Of a stretch of 64,000 bases of DNA, positions 29,329-39,556 are shown piece after piece (position 1 is the first letter of the stretch; each line of letters begins with the position of its first letter). The stretch comes from an uncultured Nitrospiraceae bacterium (GTDB taxonomy: Bacteria > Nitrospirota > Nitrospiria > Nitrospirales > Nitrospiraceae). Under the pieces are notes generated by a model. It saw nothing but the letters and a program-made list of their open reading frames with translations, made no database searches and was not told the origin of the DNA. Where the stretch lies: assembly GCA_963730935.1 (NCBI GenBank), contig CAVSTP010000002.1:384001-448000 (forward strand), in the 5' to 3' direction. A program made the translations under genes and the position numbers.

Positions 29329-29649
29329 ATGATCGAGCGCAGCCATCAGAGATTTCCCGTCTCCCTGTCGGGAGCCCTCTTTGCCTATGACAAATCGTGG
29401 CCGGATACCATTCGATCGGTAGATCTTTCCCGAACTGGTTGTCGGATTGAAAACACGGTTCAGGTCGTTCCAGGCATGAATATCGCTCTCTTTCTGTTCC
29501 CTCCTGGAGAGGACAGTCCCATCGTTATTCATGACGCCAAGGTTCGGTGGTCTGGGGCTGAAGGCATCGGGATCGAATTCCACACTATCGCCGACCGCTA
29601 TCGAGACCATCTAGATCTCCTGATCAATCAACTGAAGCAGCCGCACTAG
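29329..29649 (+). CDS. PilZ domain protein, copy 2
   Basis: Same as copy 1 except one V to I change. Confidence 0.85.
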   Translation: MIERSHQRFPVSLSGALFAYDKSWPDTIRSVDLSRTGCRIENTVQVVPGMNIALFLFPPGEDSPIVIHDAKVRWSGAEGIGIEFHTIADRYRDHLDLLINQLKQPH

Positions 29650-29725
29650 CAGCTCAGCAGGATCGACCACTAGGCACAAGACAAGGCCGCACAGCGGCCT
29701 CGGGAAGGCCGTAGACCGGCTGTAG

Positions 29726-29974
29726 TTAGACGACCACTGTCTGAGCTCTCTGCGGAGGATTGCTGACAATAGACTTGTCTGCGAGGAGTTCGCGCACCAC
29801 ATCGTTGACGTAGTATTCGAGCAGGTTGCGCTCATCCTCAGTCAACGGCACTCCATCCGATAGTAGGTTTTCGATAGGGGGCCGTCCCATTGCCGCGCGA
29901 ATGGTCGACATAGAGGACATGGGTTTGACCGCGACGGCAGGATCTGTTTTAGTTTTTCCTTTCTTGTCAGCCAT
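29726..29974 (-). CDS. Small LTEDER-family protein, paralogue B
   Basis: GGAGG RBS; ENLLSDGVPLTEDERNLLEYYVNDVVRELL. Confidence 0.65.
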   Translation of the reverse strand: MADKKGKTKTDPAVAVKPMSSMSTIRAAMGRPPIENLLSDGVPLTEDERNLLEYYVNDVVRELLADKSIVSNPPQRAQTVVV

Positions 29975-30320
29975 GGCAGTTTCGTCAAGTCCTCCCCATT
30001 GAGCGGGAGAAAGGCGAAGTACCTCTATTAGACAACTGTACAGCAATACTGCACTCAGAAGCATGACCTAGGGAACTCACGAGGTGACTCATGTGGTGCA
30101 GATTTCTATAGTGCACTCATTATTCAACTATTAGCAGGTAGCTCTTGCCATTCCAAAAGCATCGTCGCTTCACAGCAAGCCCCTCGCAAGTAGATCCTCC
30201 CACTGCTTTCTTGTGATTCCACGATCTAGCTTATCAGCCTTGTAATAAAACGTACCGCATTCTCAGAGCTTGTTGCCTTTTCAGGCAATGAATCCTCACA
30301 AAACAACGGAGGGTGCTGCC

Positions 30321-30557
30321 ATGTATGATGACTATGTAAGGCGACAGCCAACGAACAGAGATTTGTGCCGTGCGTTGTGGCGGGATTTGCACACGATGTT
30401 CAGGGATTTATTTGACAACCTACGAGGCTGGATGTGGAGAAATACCGAAGAACCGCTAAAAAAAGAAGCGCAACAACATATCGAGTGTTCAGAGGGAGAA
30501 CACCTTGAGTGTGGAGATGATCAGCCTGAGCGGCATGAATCGCGTCGAGCGGCATGA
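30321..30557 (+). CDS. Hypothetical protein
   Basis: GGAGGG RBS before ATG 30321; no motif recognised. Confidence 0.45.
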   Translation: MYDDYVRRQPTNRDLCRALWRDLHTMFRDLFDNLRGWMWRNTEEPLKKEAQQHIECSEGEHLECGDDQPERHESRRAA

Positions 30558-30879
30558 ATGGCGTCGAGCTAGGTGATCAGTTTTTCTGCAGCCCAAAACA
30601 TTGTATCAACCCCTTTGGTCAAAGCCGTGCGCACTTGTCTGCCTGAGCACGGCAAGCTGCAAAATGGCTCCCATAGCCACTTCTCTGCTAATTGACACCT
30701 GCTTCGTAGGCGCATAATTTAAATATTCTTCACGTAAGGGCCCCGGCAAGCTGGCGATCAGCGTTTTCCTTTTCCCGCTCAGATGCTTCGCCCGCCTGCG
30801 GGGTACGCGACGAATCGCCATGAGTGCATCCTCGTAGGTAAAATCACAGTTTCGGCAGCCTTCCGGCGCTCTCGGTGCC

Positions 30880-30980
30880 AAAAAAAGGAGCTGGAGGACA
30901 CCTCTGATGGGAGAGGGTGCCTCCAACTCCTATTAGTTCCGACGCGTTCCGTGTGGACGCTGCGTCCACACGGAACGTCG
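30880..30980 (-). ncRNA. Candidate two-hairpin sRNA or terminator
   Basis: Perfect 16-bp inverted repeat at 30945-30977, followed on the minus strand by GGAGUUGGAGG...CCUCCAGCUCC-U7. Confidence 0.4.
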
Positions 30981-31040
30981 CTATGTACGAGCCGCTATTA
31001 ATTAAGGACCGCGGAAAAAGTAAATCCTAACTGAACCAAT

Positions 31041-31107
31041 AAAAAAGAGCCCGCTTTCTTTCGGAAAGCGGGCTCCGTCTAAGATTTGGCAATGTTTTCA
31101 TTGCTGT
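31041..31107 (-). ncRNA. Candidate sRNA, copy 2
   Basis: Same TTGAGG-16-TATCTT promoter (31140-31113), hairpin GCAAUG-AAAA-CAUUGC and GAGCCCGC terminator. Confidence 0.5.
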
Positions 31108-31206
31108 TTTCTAAGATACTCTAATCTTATCAAACCTCAATAAGAAAGCGGCCTGATCCCTGAAGATTGATCCAAACAGCTCCAGGTCCCTGCACCTGGG
31201 TAGACC

Positions 31207-31404
31207 CTAATCCAGCGGTTTGACTGGTGCAGTTTCGATGTGTCGTAATCCCACCGTCGACTTATCCGGAAGTAATTCCCGCGACAGTTCGTTAACGTAA
31301 AATTCCACAAGGCTGCGCTCATCTTCCGTCAACGTTCCCTCCTTTGACAGTAAACGATCGCATGCACGAGTGTAGAGGGCTATTTCTCGGCGGACATGGT
31401 GCAT
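31207..31404 (-). CDS. Small LTEDER-family protein, paralogue C
   Basis: ACDRLLSKEGTLTEDERSLVEFYVNELSRELL; AGGTGG RBS. Confidence 0.7.
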   Translation of the reverse strand: MHHVRREIALYTRACDRLLSKEGTLTEDERSLVEFYVNELSRELLPDKSTVGLRHIETAPVKPLD

Positions 31405-31709
31405 GTTTCACCACCTTTCAAAACGAAGTTGATGTTGTGTAAGAAGGCGGTGCATAAATAAATTAAGGAAAGATGCGCCAGTATCTTACTTGAATAATCA
31501 AACAGGCAAGTACCGCGGAAGGGGGAGAAGTAGGTTCTGGCCAACCTGGAGAAATAAGGCTATCAGGATCTGTGGGGTCAGCAGGCTTGAGTCTTATCGA
31601 CATTTCTTTCAATTTGCTCCTTTGCACTAAGGCTACATTTCCTCCTAGTAGATTGCCGGATCACTTCACGGCGATGCGGATCGACGGTGTTAACCAATCA
31701 CTGTAGCGG

Positions 31710-31724
31710 CTCCCCGCAACCAAC
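31710..31724 (+). repeat. att-like copy of the tRNA-fMet 3' end
   Basis: CTCCCCGCAACCAAC is identical to 19572-19586. Confidence 0.75.
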
Positions 31725-32019
31725 GCCCGCTCGAATCTATCTCGTTACAAGCCCCTTGGCCGCACTCAGCGCCATTCAGGACGTAAGATTCTTCACTTTT
31801 TGCGTCTTCAATCTACGTAATACATCTTAACCCCATAGGGTGCTTTACCGGTGGGTGAAAAGAGCATTTACTTATGCCAGTTGCTTACGAGATTAAGTGG
31901 TCATTTCCGGATGCAAACACTGTCTACAGGAACCGGTTCTCTTAACAAATTTTCCATTCTTTTGCCGTTAGTTTTCGCGACTGAACAACAAGAACAGTGA
32001 TGTGAAGGGGGGGTGAATT

Positions 32020-32229
32020 GTGAAATATCACATAGGTGAGGAAGTATGCGACTGGATTAACGGATGTGAGCGCTTACTTTCGACAGAGTTAGTTTTGACT
32101 GAGGATGAGCGCAGCTTACTTGAATATTACCTAAATGAGGTTTCCCGAAAATTCCTTTCGCGAACGGCCTCCAGCCAACACCCAATGCCCCCCCTAACCG
32201 AAACCAGCAGCACTCAAATCACCGCCTAA
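32020..32229 (+). CDS. Small LTEDER-family protein, paralogue D
   Basis: GCERLLSTELVLTEDERSLLEYYLNEVSRKF; G-rich RBS; hairpin at 32233-32263 downstream. Confidence 0.7.
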   Translation: MKYHIGEEVCDWINGCERLLSTELVLTEDERSLLEYYLNEVSRKFLSRTASSQHPMPPLTETSSTQITA

Positions 32230-32415
32230 ACTCTAGCCTCAATTCTCCGAGAATTGGGGCTAGCTGTCTTCGTTTTCGGCTTGCCGCTTTGTCGCGCTTC
32301 TAGAAAGCGCTGATGATGGTATTCGTTTCGCCTCGCTGACTGCCCAATCCTTCACACAACTGACCTTGTTTGTACTTCGACACGGGTAAATCCTTGAAAG
32401 CCTTAGCATAGGAAC

Positions 32416-32431
32416 TGGCACAGCAGTTGCT
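32416..32431 (+). promoter_or_regulatory. Sigma54-type promoter
   Basis: TGGCAC-AGCAG-TTGCT upstream of the FN3 lipoprotein gene. Confidence 0.65.
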
Positions 32432-32537
32432 TAATACAAGGGTGAAAATCGAGCGGAACTGGGGTTACTGCTAGTTGCTCATCGCACTCTAGTATCGTCG
32501 ACGCCGCCGCTTTTACCTTCAATTTTTTAGGGGGTTT

Positions 32538-32921
32538 ATGATGAGGGTCCACCCTTTTGTACTGTTCTTTATCTTCGGACCTCTTATCACCTTGCTCGTC
32601 GGCTGCGGAGGTGACGGCTCTACGGGAGGAACTGCTTCATTATCGTGGGACCCAGGTCATGATCACCCGGGGGTTACATATACTGTGCACTACGGTAAGA
32701 ATTCGAGCGGTGAGTTCGGATCCTGCAATTATGAGAATGCCGTCGATGTAAGCGATCCCTTTGTCACCGTTGCTGGCCTTGAACCTTCTACCCACTACTA
32801 CTTCGCTGTAAGTGCCTATGATAACAACAGTGAACTCAGGAGTATGTGCTCCGAGGAAGTGTCCAAGCTGACACCGGAACAGGAACTGTACATCGGGGAC
32901 CCGCCGGTCAAGGTGATGTAA
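32538..32921 (+). CDS. FN3-domain lipoprotein
   Basis: Lipobox LVGC; LSWD..YTVHYG..GLEPSTHYYFAVSAYD. Confidence 0.8.
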   Translation: MMRVHPFVLFFIFGPLITLLVGCGGDGSTGGTASLSWDPGHDHPGVTYTVHYGKNSSGEFGSCNYENAVDVSDPFVTVAGLEPSTHYYFAVSAYDNNSELRSMCSEEVSKLTPEQELYIGDPPVKVM

Positions 32922-33347
32922 GGAGATGCGCCTCGGGTGTTGCGAAACTCCTTCTAGTCATGCAAATCTAGGATGTCTCCGAGTGATCCTTCTCAGATAA
33001 ACGTCGTAAACTCCGCACCCAGTTGAGGGTTAGAGAGTAGGAGATTTTTTGGATGCCTTTGCCTGAGACCGTATCTCTTCAGATACCCTACACATCAAAC
33101 GAGAAACACTTCCTGATTCTAGCCGTGCAGGCTGCCCTTCGCAGGTTTCGGAGCATCAACCCCCGCTCCTCTGACGACCCGCTCTATCTTTCATCTCCCA
33201 GTTCATCAGGTCTCTCTTCCCCGTCAGAGATGCAGGACTAGCAAGCCACGCGCACTCGTGTCCGTCCTCGACACGTGCGCACCTGAGCCACGGTAACCCC
33301 TCTCCATACGAAGCGTGCAGCTGTTTCAGCAGCTGGACTTGGGGAAC

Positions 33348-36300
33348 CTACAGATGTGGAACGATCCTCTGAATGCCGCGATACAGCTCTTCGACGGCTG
33401 CTTCCTTAGTCAGGAGCATGTCGGCTCCGGCCTTCAGCATCGCTTCTTTATTGTTGGGTCCCGCGTTCACCGAGAGGCCAATCACCCTGATGTCGGGGTA
33501 TTGAGCCTTGATCCGGGCAGTCGCTTCGATGCCGTTGAGGCGGGGCATGTTGATATCCATGATGACCACAGCCGGCCGAAGTGTGTCCGCCATAGCCACG
33601 GCTTCATGGCCATCCGAGGCTTCACCGACGATCTGAATGTCGGCGTGCCCTTCCAAGACGGACCGCAGGCCTTGTCGCATCATGGCATGATCGTCGACGA
33701 GAAGCACTGTGAGAGCTTTCTGAACAGAGGGCATCAGATCGCTCATCGACTGCTCGCGTAAGGCCGCCCTGGCTGAAGTCACGCCATCATGGAGCAGCCC
33801 CGTAGCCAGTGGCTCGGCGACTTCCTGTAAGGGGAGCACAAGGAGGGCAGTCGTTCCCTTTCCAGGCGCCGTGACCAGCTCCAGCCTCCCGCCAAACGCT
33901 TTCATGCGCTCGCGGATCGAAAAGAGCCCGAATTTTAGCGGCTGGCCGCCGTCGTTCGGCTGCACCACGGACAAGTCGAAGCCCGCTCCTGTGTCGCGGA
34001 CCTCGAGGCGGATGCCGGGCTCCTCGCGCCTGAGATGCACGCTGGCATGTTTGGTACCTGCGTGCTTGGCGACGTTGATCAACAACTCGCGGACGGATTG
34101 GAAGACGAGAACCGCCTGTTCTTCCGGAACCGACATGTGGTCCTGACCGACGTCGACCGACACGCGCAATTGACGCTGGGTCATATGCTCTCCCAACCAT
34201 TTGAGCGCTGCCGCCAGGCCGAACTCGCGCAGGACAGGAGGACACAACTCTGCGACTAAGGTTCTCGAATAGGTGAGGGCCTCGGTGAGAACATCATCGA
34301 CCTGCTTGATCAGCTCCGAACAGCCAGGAATCACCGCTGCCAGAGGCTTACCCTGTCCGAGCTTGAGTTTGCAAAACACCAGCATTTGCTGCAGGTGATC
34401 GTGCAGTTCGGTGGCGATGCGCTTTCGTTCACGCTGCTCTGCCAGACCCACTTCCGTCGCCAGCGCCCGAAGGCGTTCTTGTGACTCCAGCAATTCGCTA
34501 GTTTTCACACGCACGGCCTGTTCAAGCTCCTGACTCCATCGTTGAAGCTGCTCCTGGGCTTCACGGGTATCGGTGATGTCGATGCTGGCACCGACGTACC
34601 CCATTAATTCCCCATTATCGGTCAGGCGCGGTCTGGCGACCGACCGCATCCATCGATACTGGCCGTCGGAACGCCGAAACCGGAATTGAGCGTCAAAGAG
34701 CCCACGGTCCCGCAGCGCCTCGAGATACAAGGTTACATACTGTTTCCGATCTTCCTCATGGACGTAATGCGCCCAGTCGTAATTCGCCACCTCGCTCTGA
34801 TCGCGGACGCCAAGGAATTCCATATAGGCCTGGTTGACGAATTCACATCCGCGCATGCCGGTCATCCAAATCAAAACAGGTGCGCTGTCCGCAATCATCC
34901 GAAATCGCATTTCGCTTTCGCGCAAGGCGGCTTCGGCGCGTTTTTGCGCGGTGATATCGGTGACCATCACGATGAAACCGGCGATCTGCCCATTGACGTC
35001 CCGATGCGGCGTATATACCACATGGATCCATCGCGTGCGGCCGTGGCGATACTTGGCTTCGGTCTGATAGTCGACCGCCTGTCCCTGCAACGCTGCCTCC
35101 ACATACGGCGCCATGGCGCCCCAGGCTTCCTCGCCCACGACTTCCTTGATCGTCTTGTCGATAATGTCCTCTCGTGACAGTCCAAACCATGTGGTGTACG
35201 CGTCGTTACAAGTGATGTATCTTCGGTCCTTGCTGATGTAGGAAATCAGGGCTGGAACCGTATTGCTGACCAGCTCCAGCTGCTCTTCGCTATGCCGCAA
35301 GGCCTCTTCCGCTTGCTTTCGCTCGGTGATGTCGACGTTGACACCCAGAATTCTCTCGGGAACGCCGGCGGTGTCTCGGAAGATTTTCGCTCTCGCGAAC
35401 AACCAGTGCACGCTGCCGTCTTCCCAGACGACCCGAAAATCATGTGCATACTCATCTGTAGCCAACGCGTGTTCCAGGGCCCTTTCCGCCTCGGAACGGT
35501 CGTGGGGATGAACCCGCCGCAGCCATCCTTCATACGTCCCTTCAAAAGTTCCGGGGTCGAGACCATAGAGGGCTTCGAGCTCTACGGACCAATAGTTCTT
35601 CCCTGTCTTGTAGTTGTATTCGAATACGCCCCAGCGGCCCGCCTGCTGGGCAATGCGAGTCCGCGCTTCACTTTCACGGATGGCTTCTTCAGCACACTTA
35701 CGGTCCGTGATGTTCTGCCGTGTGCCCCACATCCGTATGAGCAAGCCGTTCTCGACAATGCCCACCATGTTGTTGAGAAAATAGACCGTTTCACCAAAGA
35801 CATTGCGCTCGGCGGATTCGATATTGGTGGCCCGATAGCCGGCCCTAATGATGGAAGCGAGAAACTCTCGGGCGGAGGGATCGGAGACCGGCAGCATGAA
35901 ATCCAATGTCTTTCCGATCAAGCCCTCCGCACTGGAAAACCCGTACATGCGCCCCATCGCATCATTGCATTCGAGAAGACGGGCAGAGCAGTACAGCTGC
36001 TTGACTTGAATCTCGACCGGCAGCGAGGTATCCAGCGGTGGGTCGAATTCCATGCGCCAGATGCCTTCCGAGCTGTTCTGAATGAAGGCCCGGTAGCGCT
36101 CTTCGCTTTGTCGCAACGACGCCTCGGCCTGGTGCTTATACAGCGTGACCTCCAATTGCGTGGCCAGGTCCCGCTCTTCGAACGGTTTGAGAATATATCC
36201 GAAGGGTCCGACCGCGCTGGCCCGCTTGAGAGTTTCCTGATCTGAATGCGCAGTGAGGAAAATGACAGGAATGTCCCGCCATTGCTTCAGGCGGGTGGCG

Positions 36301-36500
36301 GTCTGAATCCCATCCATGTGGCCGGCGAGTCTGATATCGAGGAGCGCTATGTCCGGACGCTCCACCTGGGCCAAAGCGAGCGCCTCTTCTCCCGTTGACA
36401 CTGGACCAGCGACGCGATAACCGAGCAGCTTGACCTTGCTGGCCAGGTGAACCGCCAGGATCGCCTCATCCTCGACAATCAACACCGAGAGTTGGCTCAT
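33348..36500 (-). CDS. Hybrid sensor kinase REC-PAS(x4)-HisKA_3-HATPase-REC
   Basis: N-terminal receiver, repeated DITxxK PAC motifs, ERKRIATELHD, G boxes and C-terminal NarL-like receiver. Confidence 0.92.
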   Translation of the reverse strand: MSQLSVLIVEDEAILAVHLASKVKLLGYRVAGPVSTGEEALALAQVERPDIALLDIRLAGHMDGIQTATRLKQWRDIPVIFLTAHSDQETLKRASAVGPFGYILKPFEERDLATQLEVTLYKHQAEASLRQSEERYRAFIQNSSEGIWRMEFDPPLDTSLPVEIQVKQLYCSARLLECNDAMGRMYGFSSAEGLIGKTLDFMLPVSDPSAREFLASIIRAGYRATNIESAERNVFGETVYFLNNMVGIVENGLLIRMWGTRQNITDRKCAEEAIRESEARTRIAQQAGRWGVFEYNYKTGKNYWSVELEALYGLDPGTFEGTYEGWLRRVHPHDRSEAERALEHALATDEYAHDFRVVWEDGSVHWLFARAKIFRDTAGVPERILGVNVDITERKQAEEALRHSEEQLELVSNTVPALISYISKDRRYITCNDAYTTWFGLSREDIIDKTIKEVVGEEAWGAMAPYVEAALQGQAVDYQTEAKYRHGRTRWIHVVYTPHRDVNGQIAGFIVMVTDITAQKRAEAALRESEMRFRMIADSAPVLIWMTGMRGCEFVNQAYMEFLGVRDQSEVANYDWAHYVHEEDRKQYVTLYLEALRDRGLFDAQFRFRRSDGQYRWMRSVARPRLTDNGELMGYVGASIDITDTREAQEQLQRWSQELEQAVRVKTSELLESQERLRALATEVGLAEQRERKRIATELHDHLQQMLVFCKLKLGQGKPLAAVIPGCSELIKQVDDVLTEALTYSRTLVAELCPPVLREFGLAAALKWLGEHMTQRQLRVSVDVGQDHMSVPEEQAVLVFQSVRELLINVAKHAGTKHASVHLRREEPGIRLEVRDTGAGFDLSVVQPNDGGQPLKFGLFSIRERMKAFGGRLELVTAPGKGTTALLVLPLQEVAEPLATGLLHDGVTSARAALREQSMSDLMPSVQKALTVLLVDDHAMMRQGLRSVLEGHADIQIVGEASDGHEAVAMADTLRPAVVIMDINMPRLNGIEATARIKAQYPDIRVIGLSVNAGPNNKEAMLKAGADMLLTKEAAVEELYRGIQRIVPHL

Positions 36501-36738
36501 GAGTATCAAGATGTGGGGGAAAAGCGGCGCCAGTATATGTCTGACACACTTGTCCATGGCCTAGGGAAACCCCTGGTTTTTGTGTGGGACCCAAAACCAC
36601 AACTGATTTAAGATCCGGTGAGATAAATACGAGCAGAAGAGACTGCACGATCCTGCGAACACTGTCAAAAATGGGGGAACTCGTTGACGAAGTTTGCACC
36701 AGTGCTATAGTTCGCTCTACATCCTCACAGGGGTCTTT

Positions 36739-36939
36739 ATGAACTATGTCCGCATCGGAAAGAGAACGCTCAACCTGGACAGTGTGAGCTATGCCGAGGT
36801 GCAGACGTGGCAGGACGAAATGACCGTCAAGGTGCATTTCGCCGGGGTGGCGAACAACACTCCACTTGTCTTTGGGGAAAACGATGCCAAGGAACTCTGG
36901 AAATATTTGGAGTATATCGCAGAAAAGCCTATCGCATAA
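36739..36939 (+). CDS. Small hypothetical protein
   Basis: 66-aa ORF with AGGGG RBS and protein-like composition. Confidence 0.6.
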   Translation: MNYVRIGKRTLNLDSVSYAEVQTWQDEMTVKVHFAGVANNTPLVFGENDAKELWKYLEYIAEKPIA

Positions 36940-36979
36940 TCCTGCAGGCTCGGCTTCTCACTCTCGCCTTCAACTGCCG

Positions 36980-37636
36980 TCATAAGGTCCGTATCGTATA
37001 GCCTTCCTGTCGTTCACGAAGCGGAACAAGGCGGGCTTCCTTCCGATAGTCCCGATAGTAGCTTAAGACTTTTTGCACATAATGTCGCGTTTCCTTATAG
37101 GGCGGAATCTGTTTATAACGATCCACCTTGCGCTCGCCTGCATTATAGGCCGCCAGTGCCAACCGCGTGTTGCCGTGGAATCGGTCGAGAAGATAGCGCA
37201 GATGTCTCGCGCCACCCGCCACGTTTTCATTGGTGTCATACAGATTCTGAACGCCATGACGCATCGCCGTTTCGGGGACGAGCTGCATGAGACCCACAGC
37301 ACCTGCCTTTGAGACCACAATGGGATTGAACGATGACTCAGCCTTCATCACCGCGAACAATAAGGCTGGGTGCAGGTGATGCTGCTGGGCCGCAGCTCTC
37401 ACGGCACGCTCCAATTCGGTCGCTGACGCGGCTCGTGATGGGCCAGTTGATCCGCTTTCAACCACGGGTTCTGAAATGACTTCAATCTGAGCAGACACAG
37501 ACACGTTCAGCGAATGAGTTGGGTGTTCGGCGAGCGTGCACGGGGCAGAAACCATAAGCACAAGTCCGGCGGTGACGATCAGCACCTGGGTGAGGGAATG
37601 ATTGCTTCGCCTTTGTGGTCGCCTGTTTTTCATCAT
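36980..37636 (-). CDS. Lytic transglycosylase (SLT domain)
   Basis: AESSFNP, GAVGLMQL, ALAAYNAG and ETRHYV. Confidence 0.92.
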   Translation of the reverse strand: MMKNRRPQRRSNHSLTQVLIVTAGLVLMVSAPCTLAEHPTHSLNVSVSAQIEVISEPVVESGSTGPSRAASATELERAVRAAAQQHHLHPALLFAVMKAESSFNPIVVSKAGAVGLMQLVPETAMRHGVQNLYDTNENVAGGARHLRYLLDRFHGNTRLALAAYNAGERKVDRYKQIPPYKETRHYVQKVLSYYRDYRKEARLVPLRERQEGYTIRTL

Positions 37637-37719
37637 CTGTTTCCTCCCACATGCCGAAGTCTTACGGATACCGGCTTCGCGAACAGGTTGGGAGCGTGCG
37701 CTCTCTCACTAGGCTATCC

Positions 37720-37784
37720 GCAGTTTCCATGCCGTTTTCCTGCGCGGCGTTTCGGTATATTTATTTATTTATATCAATAACTTG
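37720..37784 (-). promoter_or_regulatory. Sigma54-type promoter of the SLT gene with an adjacent IHF site
   Basis: Minus strand CGGCAT-GGAAA-CTGC (37734-37720); TATCAAtaacTTG at 37772-37784. Confidence 0.55.
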
Positions 37785-37929
37785 CATTTCAAGACACCTC
37801 CCAACTTTTGTAGGGCTGGCAGGGGGGGGAGATTCCCTATATTGTTCCTTCGAGTCGCAATTTGCCGTCTCTATTCCGGCTGTGACCGCACAGGGTCGAC
37901 CTGTCACGGGTCACAGGAGAGTGCCCGCT

Positions 37930-38286
37930 ATGAAAATCCGCTATAGCGAACGCGTCATCACCGAATTTCCCGTCATTTTTGCCGGTGACTCCTTCGTGGG
38001 AGAGGGCACGGTCCACAATGTATCCGTGCCTGGCTGCGCGATTGTGAGCAACCGGAGGGTAGAACCGGGGACTTACCTCGAGATGAAAGTCCTGATGCCG
38101 GACAACGGCCCCTCGCTTTGCGTCGAACTGGCAAAGATCCGTTGGCGGAAAGGACGTCGCTTTGGCGTCGAATTCATTCGGATGCCAGGCGTAGATCAGG
38201 TCCGCCTTGGACGCTTGATCAGACGTCATCGCGGCCTCAAAGCAGCGACTCGACTACACCACGCGCGAATGCTACACTTCCGATAG
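37930..38286 (+). CDS. PilZ domain protein
   Basis: RYSER, NVSVPG, IRW and FGVEF. Confidence 0.85.
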   Translation: MKIRYSERVITEFPVIFAGDSFVGEGTVHNVSVPGCAIVSNRRVEPGTYLEMKVLMPDNGPSLCVELAKIRWRKGRRFGVEFIRMPGVDQVRLGRLIRRHRGLKAATRLHHARMLHFR

Positions 38287-38312
38287 TTGGTCCATTCCGG
38301 AGACTCCTTGTT

Positions 38313-38633
38313 ATGAACCGCGTGCTTATGTGTATCCTGTGCCTGCTTGCCGCCGGCTGCGCCGAGCCCTTTACGATGTTTCACACCCGTACGGGCGAAC
38401 AGATTGTCCTCGGCCGCCGCTCCTATTCTTATGAAGGCTGCCTCGCGACGATGCAAGAAGAGGCCAATCGGCTGGGCGTGACCTTTCGTTACGTGCATGT
38501 CCGTGGCACGACATTCGGCCGGTCGCTGCTCTGGCCTTTCGAACCCGGCTACGCTTGCGAAGCGGCGATCGGACCGGAAGGCCATCCCTACGGCATCTAT
38601 TTGAATGTGCCGCCCCGCACTCCTCACAGCTGA
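38313..38633 (+). CDS. Putative lipoprotein
   Basis: Lipobox LAAGC after a hydrophobic stretch; GGAG RBS. Confidence 0.7.
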   Translation: MNRVLMCILCLLAAGCAEPFTMFHTRTGEQIVLGRRSYSYEGCLATMQEEANRLGVTFRYVHVRGTTFGRSLLWPFEPGYACEAAIGPEGHPYGIYLNVPPRTPHS

Positions 38634-38929
38634 GAACCACTAATCGCGCCTTGTCCTCACCGAATCCTGCGACGAGCAAGAATTTACACATGTCCACGGT
38701 TGAATTTGTTGACAATCGAACCGCGAACGCAGTATTACTTTTCAACCATAACCGCCGCGCGTGATGAAATACCTGCACGTGTATCCGCTCACCGATCGCC
38801 ACCCTGCAATGACGCTTGAAAGGAGCCGGCCTGCGTGGAGCCAGGCTGATGTCCGGTGACAGTTGCGAATTGACCAAGAGCATCCACCGTCCTCAACATT
38901 CATCGACCTCATTGTTCAAAGGAGTCGCC

Positions 38930-39307
38930 ATGGAAGATCTCGTCATTGAGGAAGAGGGCGCCTCATCCGCCCTGAAAATCACTCTGGGTGACTTTCTCGT
39001 CTTCATTAATTGGATGAACCAGACCGAAAAGTCTCTTGAACGCGGCGAAGCGCTCCCGACCAGTCCGGAACTGGATTCTGGGAAGGTGAAAGGATGGATC
39101 CAGCTCGTCCAACGGCTTGAAGAGCGTTTCCGCAGGAGTGAAGAGAAAAAGATCGCCCTGGAAGCGAACGTCATCGCTCAGGAAGCACAACTCGGACAGT
39201 TGCTGACGCATCTGCACGCCAACATTGCATCGCTCTACGACAATCTCGGACAGGCCAAGAAGGCCGAAGAGGTTCGTCGTCGCGCCGAAGCGTTGCACGT
39301 TAGCTAG
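38930..39307 (+). CDS. Hypothetical coiled-coil protein
   Basis: AAGGAG RBS; helical; TPR-like C-terminus. Confidence 0.65.
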   Translation: MEDLVIEEEGASSALKITLGDFLVFINWMNQTEKSLERGEALPTSPELDSGKVKGWIQLVQRLEERFRRSEEKKIALEANVIAQEAQLGQLLTHLHANIASLYDNLGQAKKAEEVRRRAEALHVS

Positions 39308-39556
39308 ACGTCGAACTGCCCGTCCGGGCGTAGCCCGCCCTTGTCCGATGCGCTGTCAGCATGGACCTGGCGTGCAAAATAGTACCCTGTGCTCTGCCGC
39401 GGTAAGCGGGTGGGGTATGGTATTGTCCCCCTCTGACTGATTCCCACTTTTTGCTTCTCGCCCAACATCCCTTCGATATAATCAATTCCGGAACGGCTCG
39501 GCCTGGCTGGGGTGTCTTCTTTTGCCGGCACGCGTCGCTTTTTTTGGATTTTTCGC

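Larger units (their letters stand above)
28691..29654 (+). repeat. 964-bp direct repeat, copy 2
   Basis: Near-identical to 19951-20914. Confidence 0.95.
19585..31724. mobile_element. Decayed tandem genomic island(s) at the tRNA-fMet 3' end; the accessory region may extend to about 36.9 kb
   Basis: tRNA 3'-end repeats at 25833 and 31710; visibly more AT-rich sequence; short ORFans, pseudogenes and an internal duplication; no integrase gene seen. Confidence 0.7.

Noticed and set aside
30606..30926. Minus-strand ORF
   Set aside because: Its 5' part runs through a terminator hairpin; a shorter basic ORF from about 30821 is possible but unsupported
19585..36900. Intact prophage, ICE or defence system
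   Set aside because: No integrase, transposase, structural, conjugation, nuclease or reverse transcriptase genes recognised
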